From contig OX597828.1 in the NCBI GenBank assembly GCA_951406725.2, positions 41,664,001-41,728,000 of the forward strand: 64,000 nt of DNA, read 5' to 3'. This stretch comes from Octopus vulgaris (lineage: Eukaryota). The first letter of the stretch is position 1, and each line of letters opens with the position of its first letter. The notes below the pieces were generated by a model. It was not told the DNA's origin and ran no database searches. It saw only the letters and a list, made by a program, of their open reading frames with translations. The position numbers and the translations under genes are program-made. Positions 26,983-40,411 of this stretch are shown piece by piece.

Positions 26983-27092
26983 GTAGGTATGTACATATAT
27001 GTATGTATATATGCATATATTTATATATTATTTATATTATTATATGATCGAACGCCACGCATCCTTTTCCAAGCAAGTTTTATCTCTATGTA

Positions 27093-28377
27093 TGAGGTCA
27101 TTCCATAAGTTCTGTCCGAATTTTGAATAAAGAAAACAAGTGATCAAATGTTATATTTAATTGAAATTTAATCATCAATTTACTTTCCCTGATTCCCTAT
27201 GACTTCCTTCCATCTATTTACAAGATTTTTAATCCCATCAATGTAAAACTCTTTTGTTTTCGAAGCGAAGAACTCTGAAATGTCAGTTTCGATCTCCTCC
27301 TGGCTTGCGAAAGTTATGTCCCCCAAATGATTCTGTAAACTACGAAACAAACGGTAGTCTGAAGGAGCAAGGTTGGGAGAATATGGTGGATGAGGAATTT
27401 TTTCCCAACCAGGCTCTTCGATCTTCTGTGATGTGATCTGTGCTGTGTGGGGTCTCGCATTGTCCTGATGAACCATCATTCCTTTTCGAATCACTAACGT
27501 GGGTCTTTTTTTCTTCAAAGCTTAGTTCAAACGCTCTAATTGCCGACAGTAGACTTGGGCATTGATTGTTGCATTAGGTGGTAACAATTCAAAGTGAATT
27601 ACTCCTTTGCAATCCCACCAGATAGAGGAAGAACCTTTTTCACATGAAGTTTCCTTCTCGGTTGTGGTTGAGCATTTTTCCCTTTTACCAAGCCACTGTT
27701 TACAACATTTAACATTTCGATGGAAAATCCATTTTTCGTCACCAGTCACAAGTCTATCCAAAAAGAGTGAAATGAATTCGCGAGAATGGAGAGAGGAGCA
27801 GATGTCAACTTGGGGTTTGCGGTTGCTTTCGGACAATTCATGAGGCATCCATTTTCCAAGTTTAGGAACCTTTCGAAGTTGTTGAAAATGACGATGAACA
27901 GTTGTATGGTTTGAACTAATCTTTATTGCCAATTCTTCAACTGATAATGCAGGCTTTTCTTCAAGTAATGCCTCAAGGAGCTTATCATGAAGCTCAACTG
28001 AACGTCCTGTGCGATCTTCATCTTCAAGGCTGAAATCTCCACTTCTGAATTTTGCAAACCATCTTCTGCAGGTTCTTTCAGTTAAGCATTCTTTTCCATA
28101 AACTGAGATTATGTTTCGAGTCACTTCGGCTGCAGAGTTTCCTTTTTTGTACTCATAAAGCATTATGTGCCTCAAATGCTCTTTGAATACTTCCATGTTA
28201 GAAAGGGTTTTAATCAAAGAAATTTTAATTCTATTATACTACAAAATAATATTTAATTAGTTTAAATGTACACAAATGCATGAAAATAATTTTAAATTCC
28301 ATTAGACATTCTAAAATACTGTTAAACTTCATTCAATTTTTTAAAAAGGTAAAATCGGACAGAATTTAGGGGATGAC

Positions 28378-28381
<4 letters not shown>
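27093..28381 (-). mobile_element. Full-length mariner DNA transposon (1289 bp)
   Basis: ~28-bp imperfect TIRs (t.aggtcat.cc.taa.ttctgtccga), TA on both flanks, internal transposase. Confidence 0.95.
27180..28196 (-). pseudogene. Mariner DD34D transposase, inactivated
   Basis: WMPHEL, TGDEKW, HQDNARPH, YSPNLAPSDY with 34 residues between the 2nd and 3rd D; in-frame stop at 27522-27524 and an apparently frameshifted stretch before IWWD. Confidence 0.95.
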
Positions 28382-28430
<49 letters not shown>

Positions 28431-28432
<2 letters not shown>

Positions 28433-28603
28433 GAGTAAACACATAAATGTGAAACAAGGTGGAAAAAAGAGTACTCAAATACCAGTGGTAGAGTAATATG
28501 CTTTATTTAAAGCAGCAGAAAATTCAACAAAACCTGTTACTCCGAGTTTCACGTTCCCGTTCGTCGGACTAGTTGAATTTTCTGCTGCTTTAAATAAAGT
28601 ATG
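28431..28603 (-). mobile_element. Small repeat with inverted duplication inside (TA)n, PLE-like
   Basis: 28-bp inverted arms ctttatttaaagcagcagaaaattcaac (28501-28528 / ~28573-28599) enclosing a hammerhead-like remnant. Confidence 0.5.
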
Positions 28604-28616
28604 TATATATATATAT

Positions 28617-28647
<31 letters not shown>

Positions 28648-29181
28648 CGATACGGACGGCGAAAGCCCCTTTTTACTTGGCTTTTAACAGCCTTACACTC
28701 TACATGTACTACATTTCACCAGCCCTAGAAACACCACCACCACCACCACCAACACCAACAACAACAACAACAACACTCCAACTGGAAAATCCCCCATCAC
28801 TCTCGTTTGATAACTTAGCAAATGAACGTCAATTTTATAATTCCTCAAATGTTCCTTCATGCTGCCAGTCATCTATGTCAACACCAAACACATGCTCTCT
28901 CTCATTCTACCTGTCCGATGTGCAGCCACTGTTTAAACGAAGTCCTAATATGTAATACTTCAGTAGCTGCAGCAATTTCTATAGATCATGTTACTTATGG
29001 TCTTTCGTAAAGAGAAATCGCAAATTGCCTCGCAAGTTATTACAGTATTGTTGCCTCGCCATCTTCTCTGTGTGGTATACATTTTGCATACGTTTACATC
29101 TTGCATATGTGATTGACACATTAATAAAGAAGTTATGGTGGCGGGTGGGACTATTGTCACGTCGCTTGAGGATTGAAGACA

Positions 29182-29226
<45 letters not shown>

Positions 29227-29557
29227 TTGTTGCAACAGTTGCCTGTCTGTATGTATTTGTATAGGTATGTGTGTGTATGTGTGTATATATGTGTGTATGT
29301 ATGTGTGTATATGTGTGTACGTATGTATGTATGTATGTATGTATGTATGTATGTATGTATGTATGTATGTATGTAGGTATGTGTGTGTAAATGTATGTGT
29401 GCATATGTATATGTGTATATATGAATGTAGGTATGTGTGCGTATCTATGTGTGTGTATGTATGAGTATGTACATATCTATGCATGCATGTATGTATGTAT
29501 ATATATGTATGTATGTGTATATATATGTATATGCATATATATACATATATATAAGTA

Positions 29558-29599
<42 letters not shown>

Positions 29600-29657
29600 C
29601 GTGTGTATGTATATATGTGTGTGTGTGTGTATGTATTTATATATATATGTATATATG

Positions 29658-29694
<37 letters not shown>

Positions 29695-30176
29695 TTACAC
29701 ACACACGCATATATATATATAGATACTTACATATCCAGAATATGTGTGTAAGTATGTATGAATGTATGTATGCATATACACATATGCATAAAACTCCAGT
29801 ATCATGAAGCCAGGGCATCCAACATAATTTCTGACTCTGTGACTCAAGCGAGGATAGAGAGACAGATGAGTAATTAGATAGCAAGCTGGAGGCTTGTTTC
29901 GCCCTCTCCCTCTTCCTCTCCCCCTTTCTCTCTCCTTTGCATAGATTTATATTTTGACCAACACTCACACACATACGCGCACAATAAATTAACACATGCA
30001 TCCAAACTTTTTCGTAGTTAAATACACACTTTTGCATTCAAGACAGCAGCCAGCCAGCCAGGCAGACAAACAGGCCGATACATGGATAAATGATACTTAA
30101 GAGATAGATAGATACATAGACAAATAAATTGATAGATATATAGATAACAGAGGCACATAAACGGTAGATCGAAAAG

Positions 30177-30407
30177 GTAGCGAGCTGGCAGAAACGTTAG
30201 CACGCCGGGCGAAATGCGTAGACGTATTTCGTTTGCTGTTACGTTCTGTGTTCAAATTCCGCCGAGGTCGACTTTGCCTTTCATCCCTTCGGAGTCGATA
30301 AATTAAGTACCAGTTACGCACTGGGGCCGATGTAATCGACTTAATCCATTTGTCTGTCCTTGTTTGTCCCCTCTGTGTTTAGCCCCTTGTGGGTAGTAAA
30401 AAAATAG
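30177..30407 (+). mobile_element. SINE family C, full length
   Basis: Matches the 21253 copy. Confidence 0.92.
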
Positions 30408-30445
30408 GTGGATCGATCGATAGATAGAAAGATAGATAGATAGAC

Positions 30446-30478
<33 letters not shown>

Positions 30479-30522
30479 CATAGATAGATGGATAGATAGA
30501 TGGATAGATAGATAGATAGATG

Positions 30523-30604
<82 letters not shown>

Positions 30605-31029
30605 TAGAGAGATAGATAGATAGACGGGTAAATAGATTACATATAGATAGAGAGATAACACAGATAACATAGGATAGACATGTAGACATGTAGGAAGATA
30701 GATAGATAGCTAGCTAGACAGGCAGAGATAAATGGATAGATAGGCAGACGGACAATCAGGCCAACCGACAGATAAGATAGATAGATAAATAGAGAGATTG
30801 ATAAACAGACAGATGACTATTGTGGTGTGAGACGTACCATTATATAACACAACTAATTTATCATAAAATTATTTCATGCTTCAAGCATCTCTGACAGATT
30901 CTACTGATTTTCTGAGTAATGGCGGTGGTCGTGTTGTTGGTGTTGTTAACTATGGTGGTGTTTGTGGAGGTGGCGACCGACGGTAGTGGCTATAGTGGCG
31001 GTGTTTGTAGTCTGCGGTGAAGGTAATAG

Positions 31030-31901
31030 CGGTTTCAAATTTCGGCAGAAAACCTGCAGTTTTCGGGGGGTGGGGGTATAAGTCGATTTCATCGATCCCG
31101 GTGTTCAACTACTATTATTTTTTATCAACCCCGCAAGGGTGAATGACAAAGTCAACTTTGGTTGAATTTGAACGTAGAACGGAATGACGGTCGAAATAGG
31201 GCTAAGCATTTCGCCCGGCGTGCTAACGTTTCTTATCTCGTTATTGCCCACAAGGGGCTAAACATAAAGGGGACAAACAAGGAGAAACAAAGGGATTAAG
31301 TTGATTACATCGACTCCAGTGCGTATCTGGTACTTAATTTATCGACCCCGAAAGGATGAAAGGCAAAACCGACCTCGGCGGAATTTGCACTCAGAACGTA
31401 ACGGCAGACGAAATACCTATTTCTTTACTACCCACAAGGGGCTAGATACAGAGAGGGCAAACAATGACAGACAAACGGATTAAGTCGATTATATCGAACC
31501 CACTACGTAACTCGTACTTAATTTATCGACCCCGACAGAATGAAAGGCAAAGTCGACCTCGGCGGAATTTGAACTCAGAACGTAGCGGCAGACGAAATAC
31601 CGTTATGCGTTTCGCCCGGCGTGCTAACATTTCTTATTTCTTTATTGCCTACAAGAGAAGGGGCTAATCACAGAGGGGACAAACACGGACAAAGGGATTA
31701 AGTCGATTACATTGACCCCAGATCCTAACTAGTACTTAATTTATCGACCCTGAAACGATAAAAGGCAAAGTCGACCTCGACGGAATTTGAACTCAGAACG
31801 TAATGGCAGACGAAATGCCTATTTCTTTACTACCCACAAGGGGCTAAACACAGAGGGGACAAACAAGGACAGACACACGGATTAAGTCGATTACATCGGC
31901 C
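31030..31901 (-). mobile_element. Head-to-tail cluster of five family C SINE units
   Basis: Units at about 31030, 31233, 31417, 31633 and 31819. Confidence 0.9.
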
Positions 31902-32747
31902 CTAGTGGTATTCTAATGTTTGAATACCATCATCTGGCGGAACTGGAATTGGCAGACTTTCATTGTAAGGCACAGGTCTCATTGTAGAATCCAAATTAGG
32001 ATACAGAAGTTTGTGTTTATTCTTCATAGAAAATCCTGTGACATTTACTTTGCAAAAATAACAGTCATTAAAATGGACTTTCGGCTTCCTCCATATCATT
32101 GGAATGGCAAAATGCATAGGCACCTTCTTATTGAACCAGTCGCGTAAGCCATTTGAGCAAGCTGAGCAGATAAAATGTGCCTATAACTTGTCCTGATCTC
32201 TACGAGGACAGTCAAAGTATAGCTTATATATCTTCTTGATCTCTGGTGTTGTACGTTTTTGAGCTTTCACAATAAATTGTCCAGACATAACAAAACACAT
32301 CAGGACGATTTCAACAGTCTTGACGTTGTTAAAACTGTAAAACAAGTAAGGAAATAGATAAAAACGTTTATACTTAAATTGAATTTGAGATGATGAAATA
32401 TTTCATCAGACCAATTATGACTGGACAATTTGAGATGTTGAAATAGCTATTTCATCAGACAAAACTTGATTGGTTAATTTAAGATGATGAAATATTGCAT
32501 CTGAACTATGCAGCAATGAATAATGTAGTTTATTTCAAAGCTTTGTTTCAATGGTGTAAATGAAATACATGCATACACGTCATTAATCGGAATTTCTGTA
32601 TAACGCACGAGCTAAAACCAAACAAATTTCTCATCTTGAAAACTGTACGTGATGTCAAAAAACTAATTGTATATTTGAAATCAGCATTAAAGACGACACT
32701 ACGAACACCTTGACATATGCTTGATGAAAAATACTTGTTGACCAGTG
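31902..32747 (-). mobile_element. Chapaev3 (CMC)-like DNA transposon, 5' part with decayed transposase N-terminus
   Basis: Terminus CACTGGTCAAC preceded by TAA; peptide PDVFCYV...FAIPMIWRKPKVHFNDCYFC...YPNLDSTMRPVPY..LPIPVPP. Confidence 0.75.
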
Positions 32748-32754
32748 TTATAGA

Positions 32755-32982
32755 TGAGCTGGAAGAATGGGTTAGCTCGCCGGACAAAATGCTTACTGGC
32801 ATTTCGTCCGTGTTTACGTTCTGAGTTCAAATCCCGCCGAGGTCGATTTTGCTTTTCATACTTTCGAGGGTCGATAAAATAGGTACCAACTGAACAAACA
32901 CTGGGATAGATGTAATCGATTTACCCTGCCCCCTCTCCCACCCCGAAATTGCTGGCCTTGTGGCAAAATATGAAACCATTAT
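32755..32982 (+). mobile_element. SINE family C variant
   Basis: gagctggaagaat...ttctgagttcaaatccc...gggtcgataaaat. Confidence 0.8.
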
Positions 32983-33390
32983 TGATGTTAGTGATAGTGG
33001 TGGTGTACTGATGCTGTGGTGATGGTGGCGGCGGTGGTAGCGGAAGTATTGGTGGAGGTGGTGGTGGTAGTAGTCTTAGTTGGGTTGTAGGAGGGGATTG
33101 TGGTGATTGCAGTAGAGGCGGTGATGACGGTGGTGTAAATAGTAGTACTTGTAAGAGCAGTACTAGTAGTAGAAGAGTTAGTAGCAGTAGCAGTAGTAGT
33201 AGTAGTAGTAGTAGAGATAGTAATAGTAGTGGCGGTTGTAGCGGTAGTAATGGTAGTGGTGGTAGTTGTAGTAGAGGTAGTAGAAGTGGTAGTAGTTGTA
33301 GTATTACTAGCGGTAGTAGTAGAGGTAATAGTAGTGGTAGTAGTGGTAGTAGTAGTAAATGTAGTAGTGATAGTAGTAGTATTAGTAACG

Positions 33391-33423
<33 letters not shown>

Positions 33424-33622
33424 ATAGTAGAAGTAGTAGTAGTGGTAGTAGTAGTAGTAGCGGTAATGGTAGTAGTAGTAGAGGTAGTAGTTGTAGTAGT
33501 AGTAGTAGAGGTAGTAGTTGCAGTTGTAGTAGTAGTTGCTGTTGTAGTGGCGATACTGTGATGTAAATTTCGGTTTTGTCCATGATCATGGAGGTTACAT
33601 TTTCAGTAGATGAGATTGGGAG

Positions 33623-33645
33623 GAAGTCGAATGAAAAGCTTCTTT

Positions 33646-33694
<49 letters not shown>

Positions 33695-33818
33695 CACGCA
33701 CAAACAAACACACACGCACACACAGAGACACACACACACACAAACGCACACATATGCACACACACACACACAAACACACATACACACACACGCACGCACG
33801 CACACACACACACGCACG

Positions 33819-33851
<33 letters not shown>

Positions 33852-33940
33852 ACACACAAACACACACACACATACACACACGCACGCACGCACGCACACA
33901 CACACACACACACATACACACACACAAACACACACACACA

Positions 33941-33972
<32 letters not shown>

Positions 33973-34078
33973 TACACACACACACACACACACATACACA
34001 CACACACACTCACGCACGCACACACACACACACACACACACATACACACACACACGCGCACGTACACTCACACACAAA
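33623..34078. repeat. (CA)n-rich microsatellite
   Basis: Direct reading. Confidence 0.95.
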
Positions 34079-34109
34079 TAGAGCCACGCCTAAAGCTTAT
34101 CACTTGGAT

Positions 34110-34330
34110 CAGTGGTTCTCAACAGGGGTCAATATGGGCCATGTGGCGGGGCACATGTTAGATTTTGTTGTTAAAATACATACAAAGAATTGCTTATAAT
34201 CCCATACTACAATTCCTAATAGCATCTAATCATAAAAATATAGGGATACTTTCTATAAAACGCTGAATAGATATTAGGGGCCACTCTAGTAAAAGGAGTA
34301 TCAGAGGAAACCATAAGTGAAGAAGTGTTA
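34110..34330 (+). mobile_element. hAT-like MITE fragment (related to 44066-44608)
   Basis: Starts cagtggttctcaac; internal similarity to the 44066 element. Confidence 0.45.
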
Positions 34331-34332
34331 GA

Positions 34333-34730
34333 GAGTTGCTACGTGGTAAGTAGCTTTCTTACCAACCACATGGTTCCGGGTTCAGTCCCACTGCGTGGCA
34401 CCTTGCGCAAGTGTCTTCTACTATAGCCTCGGGCCAACCAAAGCCTTGTGAGTGGATTTGGTAGACGGAAACTGAAAGAAGCCCGTCGTATATATGTATA
34501 TATACATATATGTATGTGTGTGTATATGTATGTGTTTGACCCCCAAAATCGCTTGACAACCAATGCTGGTGTGTTTACGTTCGCGTAACTTAGCAGTTCG
34601 GCAAAAGACACCGATAGAAAAAGTACCAGGCTTACAAAGAATAAGTCCTGGGGTCGATTTGCTCGACTAAAGGCGGTGCTCCAGCATGGGCGCAGTCAAA
34701 TGACTGAAACAAGTAAAAGAGTAAAAGAGT
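34333..34730 (+). mobile_element. SINE family A
   Basis: Matches 249-688. Confidence 0.92.
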
Positions 34731-34919
34731 ATTAATCAGTATTAATCAGGTCCATAGTTCGACTGAAATTAGCTAAGACGAATTTGTTAGTGAGTCTACA
34801 TTTGGTGAAAATTTCAAACCAGTGGTTTAGGTAATTATTTTATGCAAGAACAAGATAGAAAATAGTGGATTCATATATTCATTAATGTATTTACACACAC
34901 ATACACACACAGACACACA

Positions 34920-35018
<99 letters not shown>

Positions 35019-35139
35019 CAGCAAACGTGAAAGAGGAAAGAAATGAAAGAAAATGGGATACAACGTGGTTTTATCCAGAAGAATGAAATTAAAGTTAACA
35101 GGATTTTGCGACATTTTGCTCAGAAGATAATGACATTTG

Positions 35140-35202
35140 ATGATAACGATAACGATGATGATGATGATGATGATGATGATGATAACGATAACGATGATGA
35201 TA

Positions 35203-35240
<38 letters not shown>

Positions 35241-35561
35241 GAAGACGATTGTGACGATCATAATGACGATGATGATAATGATCATGATACTGATGACGAT
35301 GACGCGGACAATGATAATGGTTACGATGATGAGGATGATGGTGATGATAATGATGATGACAATGATGATGATGATGATGATAACGACCATGGTGATGATG
35401 ACCATGGGGATGATGTGATTGATGATGACGGTAGTGGTGGTGGTATTGATGTAATAATAATGATAATAACAACAACAACAATAATGATAATAATAATAAT
35501 GATGATGATGATGATGATGATAATGATGATGATGATAATGATGATGATGATGATGATGATG

Positions 35562-35616
<55 letters not shown>

Positions 35617-35633
35617 CAACAACAATAATGATA

Positions 35634-35716
<83 letters not shown>

Positions 35717-35780
35717 CAATGATAACGATGACAGTGGTGATGGCGATGTTGAGATAATGAAGACGATAATGACGAAGATG
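35140..35780. repeat. (GAT)/(AAT) compound microsatellite
   Basis: Direct reading. Confidence 0.93.
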
Positions 35781-35922
35781 GTAAAACGTAAAGATGCATA
35801 AGATGAGGAATAGGCAGAGCAGGGGAGTAGAAGAGGGAGGAGAGGGACGAATTGAGGCAGTGTAGCGTTGTGTTAATAAAGTTAATGCGGTAAAACATGT
35901 TTTTAGTTCTTTATATATGTAT

Positions 35923-35955
<33 letters not shown>

Positions 35956-35958
35956 TAT

Positions 35959-36346
35959 GTGGCTGTGTGGTAAGTAGCTTGTTTACGAACCACATGGTTC
36001 CGGGTTCAGTCCCACTGCGTGGCACCTTCGGCAAGTGTCTTCTACTATATCCTCGGGCCGACCAAAGCCTTGTGAGTGGATTTGGTAGACGGAAACTGAA
36101 AGAAGCCCGTCGTATATATGTATATATATCTATGCGTGTGTGTGAGTGTTTGTGTGTCTGTTTATCCCCTTGACAACCGATGCTGGTGTGTTTATGTCCA
36201 CGTCACTTAGCGGTTCGGCAAAAGAGACCGATAGAATAAGTACTGGACTTACCAAAGAATAAGTCCCGGGGTCGAGTTGCTCGATTAAAGGCGGTGCTCC
36301 AGCATGGAAGCAGTCAAATGACTGAAACAAGTAAAAGAGTAAAAGA

Positions 36347-36348
<2 letters not shown>
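35959..36348 (+). mobile_element. SINE family A
   Basis: Matches 249-688. Confidence 0.92.
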
Positions 36349-36405
<57 letters not shown>

Positions 36406-36643
36406 TGTATATGTGTATATATACGTACATACGTCTGTGTGTATGTGCGCGCGCAGTTTAACGAGTCTCTACAGATTCACCGAATATTTTAATTTGTATA
36501 TAATCCATACGAGCGTACGAATAAATATACAGGTAAACATGTATAGATATACATATACACGGAGTGCCTCCCCTCCACCACCACACATGCCCATATATGC
36601 ATATAATATATATATATATATATACACAAATATATACATACAC

Positions 36644-36675
<32 letters not shown>

Positions 36676-36682
36676 AATATAT

Positions 36683-36744
<62 letters not shown>

Positions 36745-36751
36745 ATATATA

Positions 36752-37215
36752 CTTTTACTTGTTTCAGTCATTAGACTGCGACCATGTTGCACCAACTTCA
36801 AGATTTTATAGTTGAAGAAATCGACCTCGGGACTTATTCTTTGTAAGCCTAGTACTTATTCTATCGAGCACTTTTGCTGAACTGCTAAGTTACGGGGACG
36901 TAAACATACCAACATCGGCTGTCAAGTAATGGTGGGTGACAAACAAGGACACAAAGACAAAAATGTATATTCACACATACACACACACAAACACACACAA
37001 ACACACACACACACGCACACACACACACACACACATGTATATATACGTATTTATACAACGGGCTTTCAGTTTCCGTCTACCAGATCCACTCACAAGGCCT
37101 TGGTCGACCCGGGGCTATAGTGGGAACATACTTACCCAGGGTACCACGCAGTGGGACTAAACTCGGAACAATGTGGAAGGGAAACAAGCTTCTTACCACA
37201 TAGCCACGCCTCAGC
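36752..37215 (-). mobile_element. SINE family A, diverged
   Basis: Reverse-complement match from head to tail. Confidence 0.85.
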
Positions 37216-37388
37216 CTATATTTAAATATCCGTACATACATACATTTATATATACCTATGTGTGTATGTGTGTTTGTGTGTGCGTGTATGCGTTTGTGTA
37301 AATATATATATATATATATAGATAGATTGATAGATAATAGATAGACGCACACACATGTGTCCATAAATATGTGTATATATATATAATG

Positions 37389-37583
37389 CACTTGGCTTAG
37401 ATTTCCCGTGGCGGGCTGCCCATATCGGAGCAATCTCAAGATTAATCAGCCGAAATTGCTAAGATGATCTGGTTCTTGACTGATGACTGAGGGCTTCGAA
37501 TGTCCCGTCCTGTGGTTCTTGTGTCGTCTCTGTGGCGTTTCATGTTCTTGTCCATGTCTGTAATTATTTTTACTGTTTACCTA
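37389..37583 (+). mobile_element. Short repeat family Y inside (TA)n (PLE-like terminal repeat)
   Basis: Homologous to 63822-63956(-); flanked by TA tracts. Confidence 0.65.
37429..37490 (+). ncRNA. Candidate non-circularly permuted hammerhead ribozyme (family Y)
   Basis: agcaaT-C | tcaaga-ttaa-tcagcc-GAA-Attgct-13 nt-tcttga-CTGATGA-ctga; stems I and III both 6/6. Confidence 0.65.
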
Positions 37584-37636
37584 TATATATATATATATAT
37601 AAATAGAGAGAGAGAGAGAGAGAGAGAGTGAGAGAG

Positions 37637-37681
<45 letters not shown>

Positions 37682-37729
37682 TGTGTGTGTGTGTGTGTGT
37701 GTATATAGAGAGAGTGAGAGAGATGTGTA

Positions 37730-37760
<31 letters not shown>

Positions 37761-37800
37761 GTCTGTGTGTGTGTGTGTGTATATAGAGAGAGTGAGAGAG

Positions 37801-37847
<47 letters not shown>

Positions 37848-37891
37848 TGTGTGTGTGTGTGTGTATATAGAGAGAGTGAGAGAGATGTGTA

Positions 37892-37934
<43 letters not shown>

Positions 37935-38423
37935 TGAGAGAGATGTGTATATTTATATATATATATATATATATGTTTGTGTATACATACACACTTACAT
38001 ATATATATATATATATATATATACATAGCATGTAGATATACAAACAAGTAGTGAAATTAAGAAAACAGAAAGTGGAGTTTGGTTTGTCGGTTTTTAAACT
38101 TTAATAAACTCCGCATTGTTAAATGGTAAAAATGGTGGCAACTAAAAAAAATAAATAAAGAGGAAATAAAAAGGAGAAAGAAAAAAAACAAAGAAAGCAG
38201 AAGAGAAAATAACTAGAAAAAAGTAGGAACAAAAACAAAAAAAATATACAACAACCACTTATAAGATAAATATGAAATAACGAATTATGGCTTTGGAATA
38301 GAAAAAGAAAAAAAAATTGTTTGGCGATGTATTCTTGTGATCTCTGGAAATTGGTAAAATCTAAATGACATCATTGGTTTTGGTTATGTTTTTTTTTTTT
38401 TTTTTGTTGTTTGAGATCTGCAA

Positions 38424-38442
38424 AAAAGATAAAAGGATTCTT

Positions 38443-38506
<64 letters not shown>

Positions 38507-38541
38507 TGATGATGATGATAATAATAATAATAATAATAATA

Positions 38542-38581
<40 letters not shown>

Positions 38582-38586
38582 TGATG

Positions 38587-38651
<65 letters not shown>

Positions 38652-38679
38652 TTTAATAATAATAATAATAATAATAATT

Positions 38680-38736
<57 letters not shown>

Positions 38737-38740
38737 TTAA
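38424..38740. repeat. (AAT)n microsatellite
   Basis: Direct reading. Confidence 0.95.
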
Positions 38741-38890
38741 TGATATCGGATGTCCCCATAATAAATAATAAGAGTAGATGAAGATAACATTTATACGGTA
38801 TATGAAATATGGAATTATGTGTATATAATGCGTTACAGAAGGTGTCAATTTATCGAATTATTTTTCTGAGTGTATACATACATACATACA

Positions 38891-38921
<31 letters not shown>

Positions 38922-38948
38922 GTACATACATACATATCTATATATGTA

Positions 38949-38990
<42 letters not shown>

Positions 38991-39429
38991 TCTGTATACA
39001 TACATACATACATATAAATATGTACATGCGTATTTATCTACATATACGTGTATGTATATATATGAGTGTGTGTGTGAGTTTTTGTGTATATATTTATGTA
39101 TATATGTGTGTGTGTATGTATGTATGTATGTATGTACGTATGTATCTATGTATGTACGTATGTATGTATGTATGTATGTATGTATGTATGTATGTATGTA
39201 TATATGAAACGCAGTGCTGAAACACCTGAAGACAACTACGTACTTAGAACGCAGTGATGCTATTTATTTTCTCCGATATCCAGGAATTGAAACACCTCGA
39301 ATTCAACCTTTTCAATTTGATACAAAAGACAAAAATTTTGGCACCTCGCCGAGTTCTTCTGAAACATTCCAAACATGCACATTAAACCTTTCAACACTCA
39401 TATACTTCCAGATGTAAAAACAAAAAAAA

Positions 39430-40255
39430 ATGTATGTAGGGTCACGTGATCACGAATATCAATAAAACATACAAAAAGAAAGAAACCTTACAACGCTATA
39501 GACACATAGGCAAAAGAATTAACCACCCAACTAAAAAATAAAACACGTAGAAAGCTTTGCAATGTGAACATCCTACATTACTCTAAAAGACCACAAAGAC
39601 AATTTCATATCCAACCTTAATTGCTGTGTTGATTGCTTCCAAATTTTAATTGCTTCCAAATTTTATTTGCTTCTAAATTTTAATTGCTTCCAAAAATGAA
39701 TTCGGTATAGTTAGCAAGTGAATATTCGATGCTCTTAACCTTAACATAAAAATCTTCATGTGATTAACACGTTTGAACTACTGCAATACTGCTGTTATCA
39801 AGTTGTTCGCAGCTATAGAAAAGAAAATATTTACGTAAATTGAGATAGTGGAAGTTTATTTATCTATATCTAAATCCATCCAGAAAAAAAAAACCATTTT
39901 ATTATCGCTGGTGACTTTGACTCCAGTATTATAATGAACGCCAGGAAGTTACTTTTATTCTGAAACGACACTTGTAGGGTCAAAAGCTGTGGCGGTCCAT
40001 TATCCGTCGTCTCTACGAGAAGTTGTTACGGAACGGAAATTTCTGAGCTATTCATGATTATCATTTTAGACATCCTTAATAAATGGATTAGGCTTCTCCC
40101 GATTACTCTAGGTTGTATAGAGACGTCGGATTAACAGCTTCCTGCAACATTAACTGTTACAGCATGGATATATTTAGAAGAGCTGATAAACGCATAAAGA
40201 GAACATAATCTTAACATAACACAGATTACCTGCATATTATAGTGTACCTTCGGCC
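39430..40255 (+). pseudogene. Heavily decayed Penelope-like reverse transcriptase
   Basis: YITLKDHKDNF (39574), KNEFGIVSK, GTEISEL-like stretch and LYRDVGL (40113; decayed YRDDGL); many stops and frameshifts. Confidence 0.65.
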
Positions 40256-40354
40256 TCTTAGATAAACCGATTTCGCAACGATCCTTTACGTTCTGAGTTC
40301 AAATCTCACCGAGGTCAAATTTGTAAAGAAGAATGAGTAGAATAAGAATGTGAC

Positions 40355-40411
<57 letters not shown>

